39,603 nucleotides of DNA from a virus. Its lineage: Duplodnaviria; Caudoviricetes. Below the pieces are notes generated by a model. The model was not told the DNA's origin, searched no databases, and saw only the letters and a program-made list of their open reading frames with translations. Shown in pieces: positions 1-9,700 of this stretch. Each line of letters opens with the position of its first letter. Positions within the stretch are counted from its first letter, which is position 1. The DNA is taken from positions 1 to 39,603 of the IMG/VR virus record IMGVR_UViG_3300020183_000194; one strand, written 5' to 3'. The translations under genes were made by a program, and so were the position numbers.

Positions 1-501
1 TATTATGAATTAGAGCACAATTCTATAGATTATACTCCATTAATAGAAATATGTGAAAAACAAATTGAATCAGAATATTGGTTTTTAATTCACGATACTT
101 GTAAAGTTGGCTTGAATTTCAAAAAATTATTATACAATATTCCATCTGAAAAACCGGAAAAATTAGCATTAAAAACAAGTCCTTCTATGTCAATTGGTTC
201 GTATAGATATGATTATCTTTTAAGTGTAAGAGAAAAAATTATTTCAATAAAAAACTCTGATTATTCAGAATCTTCATTAGATCAATGGAAAAAATGGGGA
301 GTTAATAATGAAGATTATATTTTATGGAAAACAGAACCAAAACCATTAATTTATAATAATATTAATCATTTTCTTGTTGTAGATAACAATAATTGGTATA
401 ATACTGGCGGGCAAAGAAGGACAGAATACTATCCTTCTTTAGACCTTTATAAAAATAAAGCAAATTGGGGACAATCTCTTAACTACAAGAGAACTCTTTA
501 A
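1..501 (+). CDS. Putative glycosyltransferase-like protein (5' partial)
   Basis: Frame 1 is open from base 1 (YYELEHNSIDYTPLIEICEKQIESEYWFLIHDTCKVG...), so the track's TTG at 112 is not the start. The hydrophobic strand followed by HD (YWFLIHDT) resembles the DxD position of GT-A folds. It lies upstream of glf. Confidence 0.45.
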   Translation, partial: YYELEHNSIDYTPLIEICEKQIESEYWFLIHDTCKVGLNFKKLLYNIPSEKPEKLALKTSPSMSIGSYRYDYLLSVREKIISIKNSDYSESSLDQWKKWGVNNEDYILWKTEPKPLIYNNINHFLVVDNNNWYNTGGQRRTEYYPSLDLYKNKANWGQSLNYKRTL

Positions 502-517
502 TTTAAAGGGAAAATAG

Positions 518-1045
518 ATGAATATAATAAATGAAATTATATGTATCGATCCTTTTTGTGGCGATGTTAACATGTGGTGTTGGGAAAAAGAATTATTACA
601 AAATAATAAATGGAAATTTTTAAATTTAAAAGATGGCAAGCCAACAATTTACAATAGATTTTTAAGCAATATAATATATACGCAAAATCAAAACATCATT
701 TTACCTATACAATGTACAAGTTTGATAGGCGTAGATTTAATAAAAAGACTTTTTCAAGAAAAAAGAATAAGCAGTCTTCCTAGTTTTATATATTTAGATT
801 CTGCTCATTTGGAAGAAGAAACTTTCTTGGAACTTAAAAAATGTTATTCACTATTAAATAATAATGGAATATTATTTGGGGATGACTGGAATTGGGATTC
901 AGTTAGAAATGATGTAATTAAATTTTCTTCACATATAAATATTGATTTAAAAAAAACTATTAATATATCAAACAAGTTAAAAAATTCACATATTTATGAA
1001 AATAAAATAATAATATATGAAAACCAATGGATTATTTGTAAATGA
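518..1045 (+). CDS. Class I SAM-dependent methyltransferase (Methyltransf_24-like), N-terminally truncated
   Basis: Motifs IICIDPF, FIYLDSAH.EE, LLNNNGILFGDDW.WDSV. The EIG-type motif I is missing, and an in-frame TAG (515-517) directly precedes the ATG. Confidence 0.7.
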   Translation: MNIINEIICIDPFCGDVNMWCWEKELLQNNKWKFLNLKDGKPTIYNRFLSNIIYTQNQNIILPIQCTSLIGVDLIKRLFQEKRISSLPSFIYLDSAHLEEETFLELKKCYSLLNNNGILFGDDWNWDSVRNDVIKFSSHINIDLKKTINISNKLKNSHIYENKIIIYENQWIICK

Positions 1046-2142
1046 ATAAATATGATTATATCATAGTTGGAAGTGGGATATTTGGTTCTGTATACGCTCA
1101 TGAAGCAAATAAAATTGGTAAAAAAGTTCTTGTTTTAGAGAAAAGAAATCATATTGGAGGAAACTGTTACACAGAAAAAATTGAAAACATAAATGTCCAT
1201 AAATATGGTCCTCACATATTTCATACAAATGATAAAAGAATATGGGATTATATAAATCAATTTGCTGATTTCAACCACTATGTTAATAGACCAAAAGTAA
1301 ATTATAAAAATAATATTTATTCTTTTCCAATTAATCTTTTTACCTTATATCAATTATGGGATACTAAAAACCCAGAAGAAGCAAGACAGAAATTAGATAA
1401 AGTTAAAATAAAAAATGATAATCCATTAAATTTAGAAGATTGGATATTGTCTCAAGTTGGAGAAGAGATCTATCAAATTTTTATAAAAGGATATACAACA
1501 AAACAATGGGGAAGAGAACCAAAACATCTTCCATCTTCAATAATAAAAAGACTTCCAATTCGTCTGACTTATGATGATAATTATTTTAATGATAAATACC
1601 AAGGTATACCTATAGGTGGATATACACAAATATTTGAAAAAATGTTATCTGGAATAGAAACAATAACAGAAGTAGATTTTTTAAAAGATAAAGAATATTT
1701 TGAAAAAAAAGCAAATAAAATAGTTTTTAGTGGAAAAATTGATGAATTATTTCAATATCAATATGGACAATTAGAATATAGAAGTTTAAAATTTGAAAAT
1801 GAAATATTAGATGGAGATTTTCAAGGAAATGCTGTAGTAAATTACACTGAAAAAGAAGTTCCATATACAAGAATAACAGAACATAAACATTTTGAATTTG
1901 GAACACAAGAAAAAACATTTATAACAAAAGAATATCCAGATTCATACGATAATACAAAAGTTCCATATTATCCAATATCCGATGAAAAAAATTTAGATAT
2001 GTATAACAGATATAAGCTATTAACTGAAAAAGAAAATCGCTATATATTAGGTGGAAGATTAGCAGAATATAAATATTATGATATGCATCAGATAATTGCT
2101 TCTGCTTTAACAAAAGTTAAAAAAGAATTAAGTGGAGTTTAA
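1042..2142 (+). CDS. glf: UDP-galactopyranose mutase
   Basis: FAD-binding IVGSGIFG, EKRNHIGGNCY, HKYGPHIFHT, GYTTKQWG, YQGIPIGGYT, PYTRITEHKHF, PYYP, GRLAEYKYYDMHQ. 366 aa, full length. Confidence 0.97.
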   Translation: MNKYDYIIVGSGIFGSVYAHEANKIGKKVLVLEKRNHIGGNCYTEKIENINVHKYGPHIFHTNDKRIWDYINQFADFNHYVNRPKVNYKNNIYSFPINLFTLYQLWDTKNPEEARQKLDKVKIKNDNPLNLEDWILSQVGEEIYQIFIKGYTTKQWGREPKHLPSSIIKRLPIRLTYDDNYFNDKYQGIPIGGYTQIFEKMLSGIETITEVDFLKDKEYFEKKANKIVFSGKIDELFQYQYGQLEYRSLKFENEILDGDFQGNAVVNYTEKEVPYTRITEHKHFEFGTQEKTFITKEYPDSYDNTKVPYYPISDEKNLDMYNRYKLLTEKENRYILGGRLAEYKYYDMHQIIASALTKVKKELSGV

Positions 2143-2143
2143 T

Positions 2144-2482
2144 ATGTTGGAAACAAGACCATGGGGAACTTTTCAAGTTCTACACGAAGAAGAAAAATGT
2201 AAAGTAAAAAGACTGGTTATAAATCCAGGTCAAAAGTTTAGTCTACAAACTCACGAAAAAAGAAGTGAGCTTTGGACAGTTCTACAAGGAACCGGAGAAG
2301 TAACACTAGACGATGAAATTTCTCCAATACAAGCAGGAATGATATATTTTATTCCAGCCGGAACAAAACATCGTTTAGAGAATATGGGAACAGAAGATCT
2401 TGTTGTGATAGAAGTACAAACAGGTTCTTCATTTTCTGAAGAAGACATTGTAAGATACGAAGATTCATATGGGAGAGTGTAA
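2144..2482 (+). CDS. Stand-alone phosphomannose isomerase type II C-terminal cupin domain
   Basis: RPWG, KVKRL.INPGQKFSLQTHEKRSELW, HRLEN, IEVQTG...EEDIVRYEDSYGR. ATG 2144 has GGAG at 2134-2137 and is preferred over the track's GTG at 2132. Confidence 0.9.
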   Translation: MLETRPWGTFQVLHEEEKCKVKRLVINPGQKFSLQTHEKRSELWTVLQGTGEVTLDDEISPIQAGMIYFIPAGTKHRLENMGTEDLVVIEVQTGSSFSEEDIVRYEDSYGRV

Positions 2483-2483
2483 A

Positions 2484-2693
2484 ATGGAAAAATTAAAATT
2501 ATCAAATCAAGCATTAGGAGCCATAATGATGGCCCTACAAAACAGCCTATTAACACAAACAGATATTGTTCCAGTATTAAAAGGTTTTGAACTACTAACA
2601 GATCAAAATGGAGAATTAATTGTATCAAATCCTCCAACATTCCGCGTATCAGCAGAAGAACAAGATGATACACCACAATTTGTAAGTGAGTGA
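2484..2693 (+). CDS. Small hypothetical phage protein
   Basis: ATG 2484 has GGAGAG upstream and its stop overlaps the next start (TGATG). Confidence 0.7.
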   Translation: MEKLKLSNQALGAIMMALQNSLLTQTDIVPVLKGFELLTDQNGELIVSNPPTFRVSAEEQDDTPQFVSE

Positions 2694-2947
2694 TGCCGAG
2701 ATACGCATATCATTGTGAGAAGTGTGATGGTGTCTTTGAATACTATCACACTCTTTCCGAAAAAAAGACCCAATGTGAAGTTTGTAAGGAACAAACCTTA
2801 TTAAAGGTTCCACATTTTAGTGGTATAGTCAAAAAAGAAAATAAGCAAAAAGTTGGTTCTATTGTTGACAACTATATTCAAGAAACGCGTGAAGAAATAA
2901 AGCAAGAAAAGCAGAAATTAAAAACAACGGATTTTGTACCAGGATGA
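2693..2947 (+). CDS. FmdB-family zinc-ribbon protein
   Basis: MPRYAYHCEKCDGVFE...CEVC matches the MP.Y.Y.CxxC...FE...CxxC pattern. ATG at 2693. Confidence 0.85.
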   Translation: MPRYAYHCEKCDGVFEYYHTLSEKKTQCEVCKEQTLLKVPHFSGIVKKENKQKVGSIVDNYIQETREEIKQEKQKLKTTDFVPG

Positions 2948-3336
2948 CTATATTAATTTTATTATTGTTATTATTTGCCGCCTCAACTGCTCTATTGGGG
3001 TGGTTTTGTTATAAATTGGTATTTAGACTTAATTTTGTTTCTGATAATTTAACTGAATTATACGGAAGACTAGACGAATTCGATCAGCATATAAATTTTA
3101 TTTATGAACTTGAAATGTATTATGGTGATGAAACATTGAAAAATCTTATTCGTCATTCTCGCGATCTAAGAAACTATATGAAAAAATACAAAGAAGTATC
3201 AGAGCTTCTTGAGAACGATCAAACAATCGAAGAGGAAAGCAATGTCGAAAGAGACGAAATATCCGAGGAAGACGAGAAGAGCGAAGAAAAATTCGCCACA
3301 GCAACAGGAAAAACTGTATTTTACTCAGGAGCATGA
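2944..3336 (+). CDS. Membrane-anchored hypothetical protein with acidic tail
   Basis: N-terminal hydrophobic segment ILILLLLLFAASTALLGWFCY, then a helical region and an E/D-rich C-terminus. ATGA overlap with the upstream gene. Confidence 0.7.
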   Translation: MTILILLLLLFAASTALLGWFCYKLVFRLNFVSDNLTELYGRLDEFDQHINFIYELEMYYGDETLKNLIRHSRDLRNYMKKYKEVSELLENDQTIEEESNVERDEISEEDEKSEEKFATATGKTVFYSGA

Positions 3337-3979
3337 AGACGCTATTATAAAATATGCCTCCACAAAAGATCCAAAAGTAAGACAAGACTTATATAGAAAT
3401 CTTATTGGACCAGCTTTTAATGAAATGGTAAATAAGATTGTTTTTACTTATAAATTTAATAGTCTTCCAAATATAGAAGATTTAAAAGAAGAATGTAAAA
3501 TTTGGATAACAACGATATTAGAGAAGTTTGATCCGTCTAAAGGCTCAAAAGCATTTAGTTATTTTAGTGTTATAACTAAAAATTGGTTTATCCATAAAGT
3601 TAAAAAAGTAAGCCGTCAGAATAAAAAAGAAATATTTCTTGATGATGCTGAGTATCAAAAAGAATTAGATTATGATAATTTAGTCGTTCATAATGACACA
3701 GATTCAAAAAGAGAAGTAGATGAATTTTGGAAACACCTTTGGTGTGAGATAGATAATTGGAAACAATTAGATTTAAAAGTAAATGAAAAAAAGGTCTTGG
3801 ATGCTATAGTTGTTTTATTGAAAGATCCGGATGCTATTGAAATATTTAACAAAAAAGCAATTTATTTATACGTGAGAGAGATAACAGACCTAAATACCAA
3901 ACAAGTTGTCAATAATCTCAACAAAATAAGGCAAAAATACAAAGAGTTTAAGAAAACTTGGGATGACGGAGAAATTTAG
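3242..3979 (+). CDS. Phage sigma-70-like factor (T4 gp55-like late sigma)
   Basis: Region-2-like IEDLKEEC...LEKFDPSKGSKAFSYFSVITKNWFI and N-terminal YFTQEHEDAIIKY. ATG 3242 has AGAGGA at 3231-3236. It precedes the structural module. Confidence 0.75.
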   Translation: MSKETKYPRKTRRAKKNSPQQQEKLYFTQEHEDAIIKYASTKDPKVRQDLYRNLIGPAFNEMVNKIVFTYKFNSLPNIEDLKEECKIWITTILEKFDPSKGSKAFSYFSVITKNWFIHKVKKVSRQNKKEIFLDDAEYQKELDYDNLVVHNDTDSKREVDEFWKHLWCEIDNWKQLDLKVNEKKVLDAIVVLLKDPDAIEIFNKKAIYLYVREITDLNTKQVVNNLNKIRQKYKEFKKTWDDGEI

Positions 3980-3987
3980 TTAGAATA

Positions 3988-3995
3988 TATTTATT
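3988..3995 (+). promoter_or_regulatory. Putative late promoter variant TATTTATT (possibly leaderless transcript)
   Basis: Shares the TATTTA core of the other intergenic copies. ATG at 3999 with no SD in between. Confidence 0.45.
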
Positions 3996-3998
3996 AGT

Positions 3999-4295
3999 AT
4001 GAAGAAAAAACTATCAAAAGAAGAACTAATTGATTTGGCTATTGAAAACATACAAAATGATCGAGAAGCGGCAAACGAATTATTAGAAGATGTTGCTCAA
4101 TATATTGGTCAACAAAAAGATCGATATTCAACAACAGGTATGGTTGCTGCCAAATATTTAGAAACTCTTCAGCGTTCTAATGAACAATTAGTTAAGCTTA
4201 TTGGTTTAATGAAAAAAGTTGATGAAGATAAATATGGCGATTTAGATAGTAAAGATAAAGAAAGTCTCTATAATGAAATAGAGGAGACAGAATAA
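3999..4295 (+). CDS. Small helical protein (weak resemblance to T4 gp16 small terminase core)
   Basis: 98 aa with two predicted long amphipathic helices. The function is only a guess. Confidence 0.6.
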   Translation: MKKKLSKEELIDLAIENIQNDREAANELLEDVAQYIGQQKDRYSTTGMVAAKYLETLQRSNEQLVKLIGLMKKVDEDKYGDLDSKDKESLYNEIEETE

Positions 4296-4296
4296 A

Positions 4297-5838
4297 ATGG
4301 CAGATGAACTCGATAAAAATGAAGAATTTAGAATTATTGATAAAAGAGAGATTCATCCTAATCAATTAGATAGAAATCCAACTCCAGGCTTGGTCGCTCT
4401 ACACAATAAAGTAAATCGTGTAGAAAATTTCAATAATCAAATTGTTTATGGTAGAGTTTTAGAAGTTTATTGTCCACCCAATTCAAGTTTAAAAACAAAA
4501 TACACTATTCCATCTTTAAATATGGCGAAAAAAAAAGAACTTGAAGATTTTCTTTTATATGTTCAGATTTTAGATGCTAGCACGTTAGCTTCAACTTTAA
4601 GTCCTCAAAGTTTATATAAAGAATATACACAAACAAACCCTAAAAGCACTGGGGCAAAAAAATCATTTGGAAATTTTGATAAAAATAACCCAGAAGAAGT
4701 TTTGTTATATAAAAGAATTCATTCTGCTGTTGGAACACAACATACAGTTTTGGCACCCAAAACTTCTAGTGGCTTGATTAGTAGTCCTCCAAAATCAAAT
4801 TCAATTGTTAAAGTAGAATTATTTAAAGCTTCTCACATATCTAATGGTATTAAAATATCTGGTTTTTACGAAAAAATATATGATGATGACATATTCGAAC
4901 AAGGATATGAAGATTTATTAAATTTTTTTAGTTTTTTTAGACAAAAATATATTGAAGCAGTTAATAGTTCAAAAAATATAATACAACAAATAACTTCTAA
5001 TTTGCCAAATATACAATCATATGGCGATTCATCTTCTCCAACAGCAGTAGCTGGAGCGATTTCTGGAGAAATTGGTTCTGTTAGTGATTCAACTTGGCCA
5101 CCTATAGATGTTGTAGCTGAATATATAGGAGATCCTTCAAGACCAAATTCTGAAACATACAACAGAATAATAGACCAGTTTAATGTAGAGACAAATCCAA
5201 GATATCAAACCCGAAGATTGCCAAGTGGACAAAATGGAACATTTTGTAATATTTTTGTTGCGGATATTACATGGGCCATGGGAACTCCTGTTCCGTGGCA
5301 AATTGATGAAAATGGTAATCCACAACCTATGGCGGCAAAATTTAAAAGAGGATGGTCGCAATTAGGCGTTGAAGGAATGATACAATGGCTTCAAGTTCAC
5401 GGTCCAAGATATGGATGGAAAGAAATTTCCGCTCAAGAAGCCCAAGATAATGCCAATAAAGGATTGGCAACTGTGGCGATTTATTATGGAGCCAGAAGAG
5501 ACGGAGTCGGTGTTCATCACACAGCAATAGTTAGACCGGGTGTTGCTGAAGTTGATGAAGATGGTGCCAATCCGAGATCAGCACACGCTGGTTTTCCTCC
5601 GGGAAAAAATAAAAATAACATTTCCATAGCAGGCGGCTTTGGTTCCAATTATTCAGGTTTTCCAAAATATTATACTTGCTTCAGTAGTAATAGATACATC
5701 ACTCCAACACAGCAACAATTAGATAGAGCAAATACAACAATTGGGCCTTCAGAAACTCAAGCAGAAACCACTCCAATACAACAAGAACAAAATCCAGAAG
5801 AATCTTCTTTTGAACAATCACTTGAACAGTCGGAATAA
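4297..5838 (+). CDS. Baseplate hub/gp5-like protein with C-terminal Cys/His (NlpC/P60-CHAP-like) peptidoglycan hydrolase
   Basis: QFNVETNPRY...TFCNIFV (Cys317), WL..HGPRYGWKEISAQEAQ..AN.G...VA, HHTAIVRPG (His408). Located upstream of the spike and gp25. Confidence 0.65.
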   Translation: MADELDKNEEFRIIDKREIHPNQLDRNPTPGLVALHNKVNRVENFNNQIVYGRVLEVYCPPNSSLKTKYTIPSLNMAKKKELEDFLLYVQILDASTLASTLSPQSLYKEYTQTNPKSTGAKKSFGNFDKNNPEEVLLYKRIHSAVGTQHTVLAPKTSSGLISSPPKSNSIVKVELFKASHISNGIKISGFYEKIYDDDIFEQGYEDLLNFFSFFRQKYIEAVNSSKNIIQQITSNLPNIQSYGDSSSPTAVAGAISGEIGSVSDSTWPPIDVVAEYIGDPSRPNSETYNRIIDQFNVETNPRYQTRRLPSGQNGTFCNIFVADITWAMGTPVPWQIDENGNPQPMAAKFKRGWSQLGVEGMIQWLQVHGPRYGWKEISAQEAQDNANKGLATVAIYYGARRDGVGVHHTAIVRPGVAEVDEDGANPRSAHAGFPPGKNKNNISIAGGFGSNYSGFPKYYTCFSSNRYITPTQQQLDRANTTIGPSETQAETTPIQQEQNPEESSFEQSLEQSE

Positions 5839-5851
5839 TTAAAGGTAGTAC

Positions 5852-6775
5852 ATGGCAACAAAAAAATCAGATCTACAAGTAGAAATAGAAAAGCAAAGTA
5901 AATTGCTTCCCGCTCAATATGTTAGTGTAAGAAAAGCTGCTCCTTATGATGGAGGGCCAAATGAAGTTGTTTTTCAGTCTGATTTAAATAACACAATAAT
6001 TCTTGGTGGCTCCCCTCAGAATAGACCAGAAGTAGCAAAGTCAACATATACTTCAACGATTACACTTGTTTCTGGTATGGGAACTGCTATAAAAAATAGC
6101 CCTCCTCCATTAGACGCTGGTAAATTAACTCTTAGCCCAAAACACTATTATGATTCTGCTGTATTACAAATTTGCGAACAAACAGATGATATAGATTCAA
6201 ACTTTGGAGCAAGAATACAAGATGAAAAAGCAAGAAATCGTTCTGCTATAGCGTTAAAGGCTGACGAAGTTAGATTGTTTTCTCGTGGTTCAGTTAAAAT
6301 AATAACAGGAATAGATCGAGCAGATAAACCAACACCAGATCCAAACGCACCATCTCATCCAAATAGTGATTTAGAGTTTAATGGAATACATTTAATAGCA
6401 AATAATAGTGCCAATAATTTAGGAGACTTACAGCCACTTGTTCTTGGAACAAATCTTGAAGAATTTTTAAATAAAGTATTAAATGAAATAAATAATATAT
6501 ATGCTTTAATTCAAACAGTTTGTGATAAACAAAGCGTTATAAATGATGCCGTAAAACAACATACACATCTTTCTAATTTTATACCAGAAGCTTTATTGCC
6601 ACTAACAGATCCAAATATGGTTCAGAAAATAACCCTTAATGATGGTGAAATAAAACAAATAGTAAATATTAATAACTCTACAACAAGAATTCCTAATATT
6701 GAAAATTTGAGAAAAAACTATTTATTAAAAAATCCCAATACTTATATAAACAGTTATTATAATAAAACAAACTAA
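5852..6775 (+). CDS. Putative baseplate central spike protein
   Basis: Beta-strand-rich SAIALKADEVRLFSRGSVKIITG, QPLVLG, and an HTH (HxH) motif at 6560-6568 as in iron-binding spike tips. Confidence 0.6.
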   Translation: MATKKSDLQVEIEKQSKLLPAQYVSVRKAAPYDGGPNEVVFQSDLNNTIILGGSPQNRPEVAKSTYTSTITLVSGMGTAIKNSPPPLDAGKLTLSPKHYYDSAVLQICEQTDDIDSNFGARIQDEKARNRSAIALKADEVRLFSRGSVKIITGIDRADKPTPDPNAPSHPNSDLEFNGIHLIANNSANNLGDLQPLVLGTNLEEFLNKVLNEINNIYALIQTVCDKQSVINDAVKQHTHLSNFIPEALLPLTDPNMVQKITLNDGEIKQIVNINNSTTRIPNIENLRKNYLLKNPNTYINSYYNKTN

Positions 6776-6776
6776 T

Positions 6777-9700
6777 ATGAGAACACCACAGCAAAAAAAT
6801 ATACTTACTACAAGTTTTAGTGTTGATTTATCCACAATCGATAAAAAAGTAGATAAGTTAGTAAGATATTTAAAAAATTGCGATATAGATTTAAAAGATG
6901 ACGGTAAAGATTTTATAAGTTTTCAACCAACTTATAAAACTATAATAAATTCTTTAGATAAAAGAAAGTATAAAGAGAGCTTATCGACTCTTGTTTATAA
7001 TATTTATTTTAGAAGATTTAATGAAACTAGAACAAATTTAATCCTTCAAGGATTAATGAGTAATACCGATCTTGTTCTTCAGCAACCTTTAGATGATTTT
7101 GGTTCAAGATTCGACGCTTTTGCTGCTACAAATACAGATCCCAATAATACAATATTAAATTTATTGGGCGTCAATCCTTATAGGGATTTAAAAGTCGATA
7201 TTTTTGAAGAATCAGAAATTAAAACGTATCTACAGAATGTAGCTACCGCTTCTTATGATTATAATAATTTAAATTTTTTATTAACAAAATTAGATTCCAT
7301 AACATATGCTTATGTAGATGTTAATGGTATTTATGAAATCTCTTCTGTAAATTATTCAAAAGAAATAAAAGAAAAAATATTATCTATTAAAAGTTCTGTT
7401 TCTTCTTCTAATCCGGATGAACAGCAGATATTATATAACTTAGTTGAAAAAATACCAAATTTATCAATAGCAGATAATTTAATATTTTCTTATCTCTACG
7501 AACTTAACGATACTTCGAAAGACAAAATATTTCCAGATAATAATATACAAGCAGTAATGTCTGCTTATCCAGCACAAGAAATTGGTTCAGTTATTGGTGA
7601 AAAATTACTTAAAGATCAGATAGAAAATACTGATGTTAAATACGATATAAAAGTTATAGAAAAAGCAAGAATAAAATTAATCGATTATTTAATAAGAACA
7701 GAAATTAAAAAATCATTACAAGAAAAATTATCTTCGATTACTTTTTTAAGTGATTTTAAGTCAAAATATGATTATTATAATTTTGCTGAACAGAGATTAT
7801 ATTCATCTACCGAATCTTTAAATATAAAAAAAGAAAATTTATTTTTTAGAATAACATTTTTAAGACAAACAGAGCAAGTATTGCTACAAGAAAAAGAACA
7901 AGGAATATCTAATTTAAATATTGAATTTGTTAATAAGCAATTTCTAAAATTTGAAAGTCCTTTTGGCTCTTTGGATAAAAGCAATAAATTCGTTGCTATA
8001 ATAGGCGGCTCAGATATAGCTGAAAATCAATATTCTTTTGATTTTTTTAATCCAACAATTTTATCAATACTATCTGATATTGAATATATCGATTTAAATA
8101 TATTTGAAATTGATCCATTTTATTGCCCTACTCCTCAATCATTACAAGAAAATACTAGAATTAATAGAGAAAAATATCAAAACAACCAAATCATAGAAGA
8201 TGCTTCTCCATTAACTAAGGATAAAAACTTTGTTGATTCAAATCCACAAGCATTTAATTATATTAATTTTCCAAATTTATATTTTATACCGAACAATTAT
8301 CCGGATGCTATTTCTTTTTATGAATCAATTGAAACCAAATTAAGTCGCAATAAAGCAGAAAATCTTATTTTCGAAAATAGTAAATATTATTATGAATCCA
8401 GCGCAGATACTCCATCTGCTATACTTATAAGAGATCCAAATTCAAATCAATTATTTAGAGAAGCATTATTAAATAATGGATTTTTTGGTCTTTATGAAGC
8501 AAAAAGAGATTCTTTTTCTGATCCAAATTCTATACAACAAATTATTGATAAAATCGGAGGATTATCGGCACAAATAGAACAAGCAGGCAGACAGAGCTTA
8601 AGTGGATTACAAGATATTATATTTGCTAGAACAAATTTATCTTGTTTGTTAAAAGAATTTCAAACTTGTTTTTTACCAAAAATTGGAAACTGTAGAGACA
8701 TATTGAGAGGCTTTAGATTTTCTGAACTTGAGAGTATGTTCAACAGAGCATTTCCAGAAAGTCTTTATGTTGAATTATATAAAGACATTAAACAATTTAA
8801 AATTGATAACCTAAAAGATGAAAGAGAAAAAAAGCTTCTTAAAGAAATAAGAGATTTAGAAAGAGCAATTGAAAATAATGAAAGAAAAAGAATTGTTTTT
8901 ATTGAGTTAGACAAAAGAACTGATCCCGGAGAAGCACTCAACATTGCTGATAGAACAATTACTTCAAATATTCAAATAGACGGTAGTTTACAGCAAACAT
9001 ATGAATCTAAATTAAAACAATATAAAGATTTAAAATTAAATCAAGAATCATCTCAACAAAATGCTTTAGATAAAATAAAAGCACGAAAAGAAATGGATTT
9101 AGATGAATTAAGATTTATCGACGACTTTTTAGATTTAGTTGAAACAAAATATGGAATAAATACAGAAATTTTATGTAGCATTGTTGATTTGTTTAATATA
9201 AGTCCGATGTTTGGAACGATACAATTACCGCAACTACCAGAAATAGATATATTTCAAGAATTAAAATTAAGTTTAGATTTAGCAGTTGTTCAAATTATAT
9301 TTGATGGTATTGTTGCTTTTATAGTAAAAATATTACAAGAATTATTGACTTGTGGTGGAATAAAAAATTTAATAGGAGCAGCATTAACAGGTGAAGCAGA
9401 AGGAAGTATTACCGGTGCCGCTGCTGCTGCTTTAAATCAACTAGGAAGAGGTAGATTTGATTTAGATGACTTCGTAAGCAGCAATCCACAAATCGACCCT
9501 GTTGCCTATCAGAAAGCGTTTAAAAATGTTTCTAAAACACTAAACCCAGTTGCTATTCAAGAAACCGCTCAACTTGATATAAATGCTGATTTGGGAATAG
9601 GAAAAGCAAACATTTCTTCTAGAAGCAAAACTTTACAAGTATTAAGTGTAGCAAAAAGTTCTGCTACTACAGAAGTAGAAATACAACAATCTCTAACAAT

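Noticed and set aside
1-1045. Giant eukaryotic virus (NCLDV) origin suggested by AT-rich GT and methyltransferase genes
   Set aside because: SD motifs, coupled overlapping genes, a sigma factor and baseplate genes indicate a bacteriophage.
3999-4295. Firm call as terminase small subunit
   Set aside because: Only size and helical pattern support it, and no large terminase is adjacent.
4528-4536. A9 run (and similar A-runs) as frameshift or phase-variation sites
   Set aside because: They encode Lys runs in intact frames, are expected in AT-rich DNA, and no alternative-frame extension is evident.
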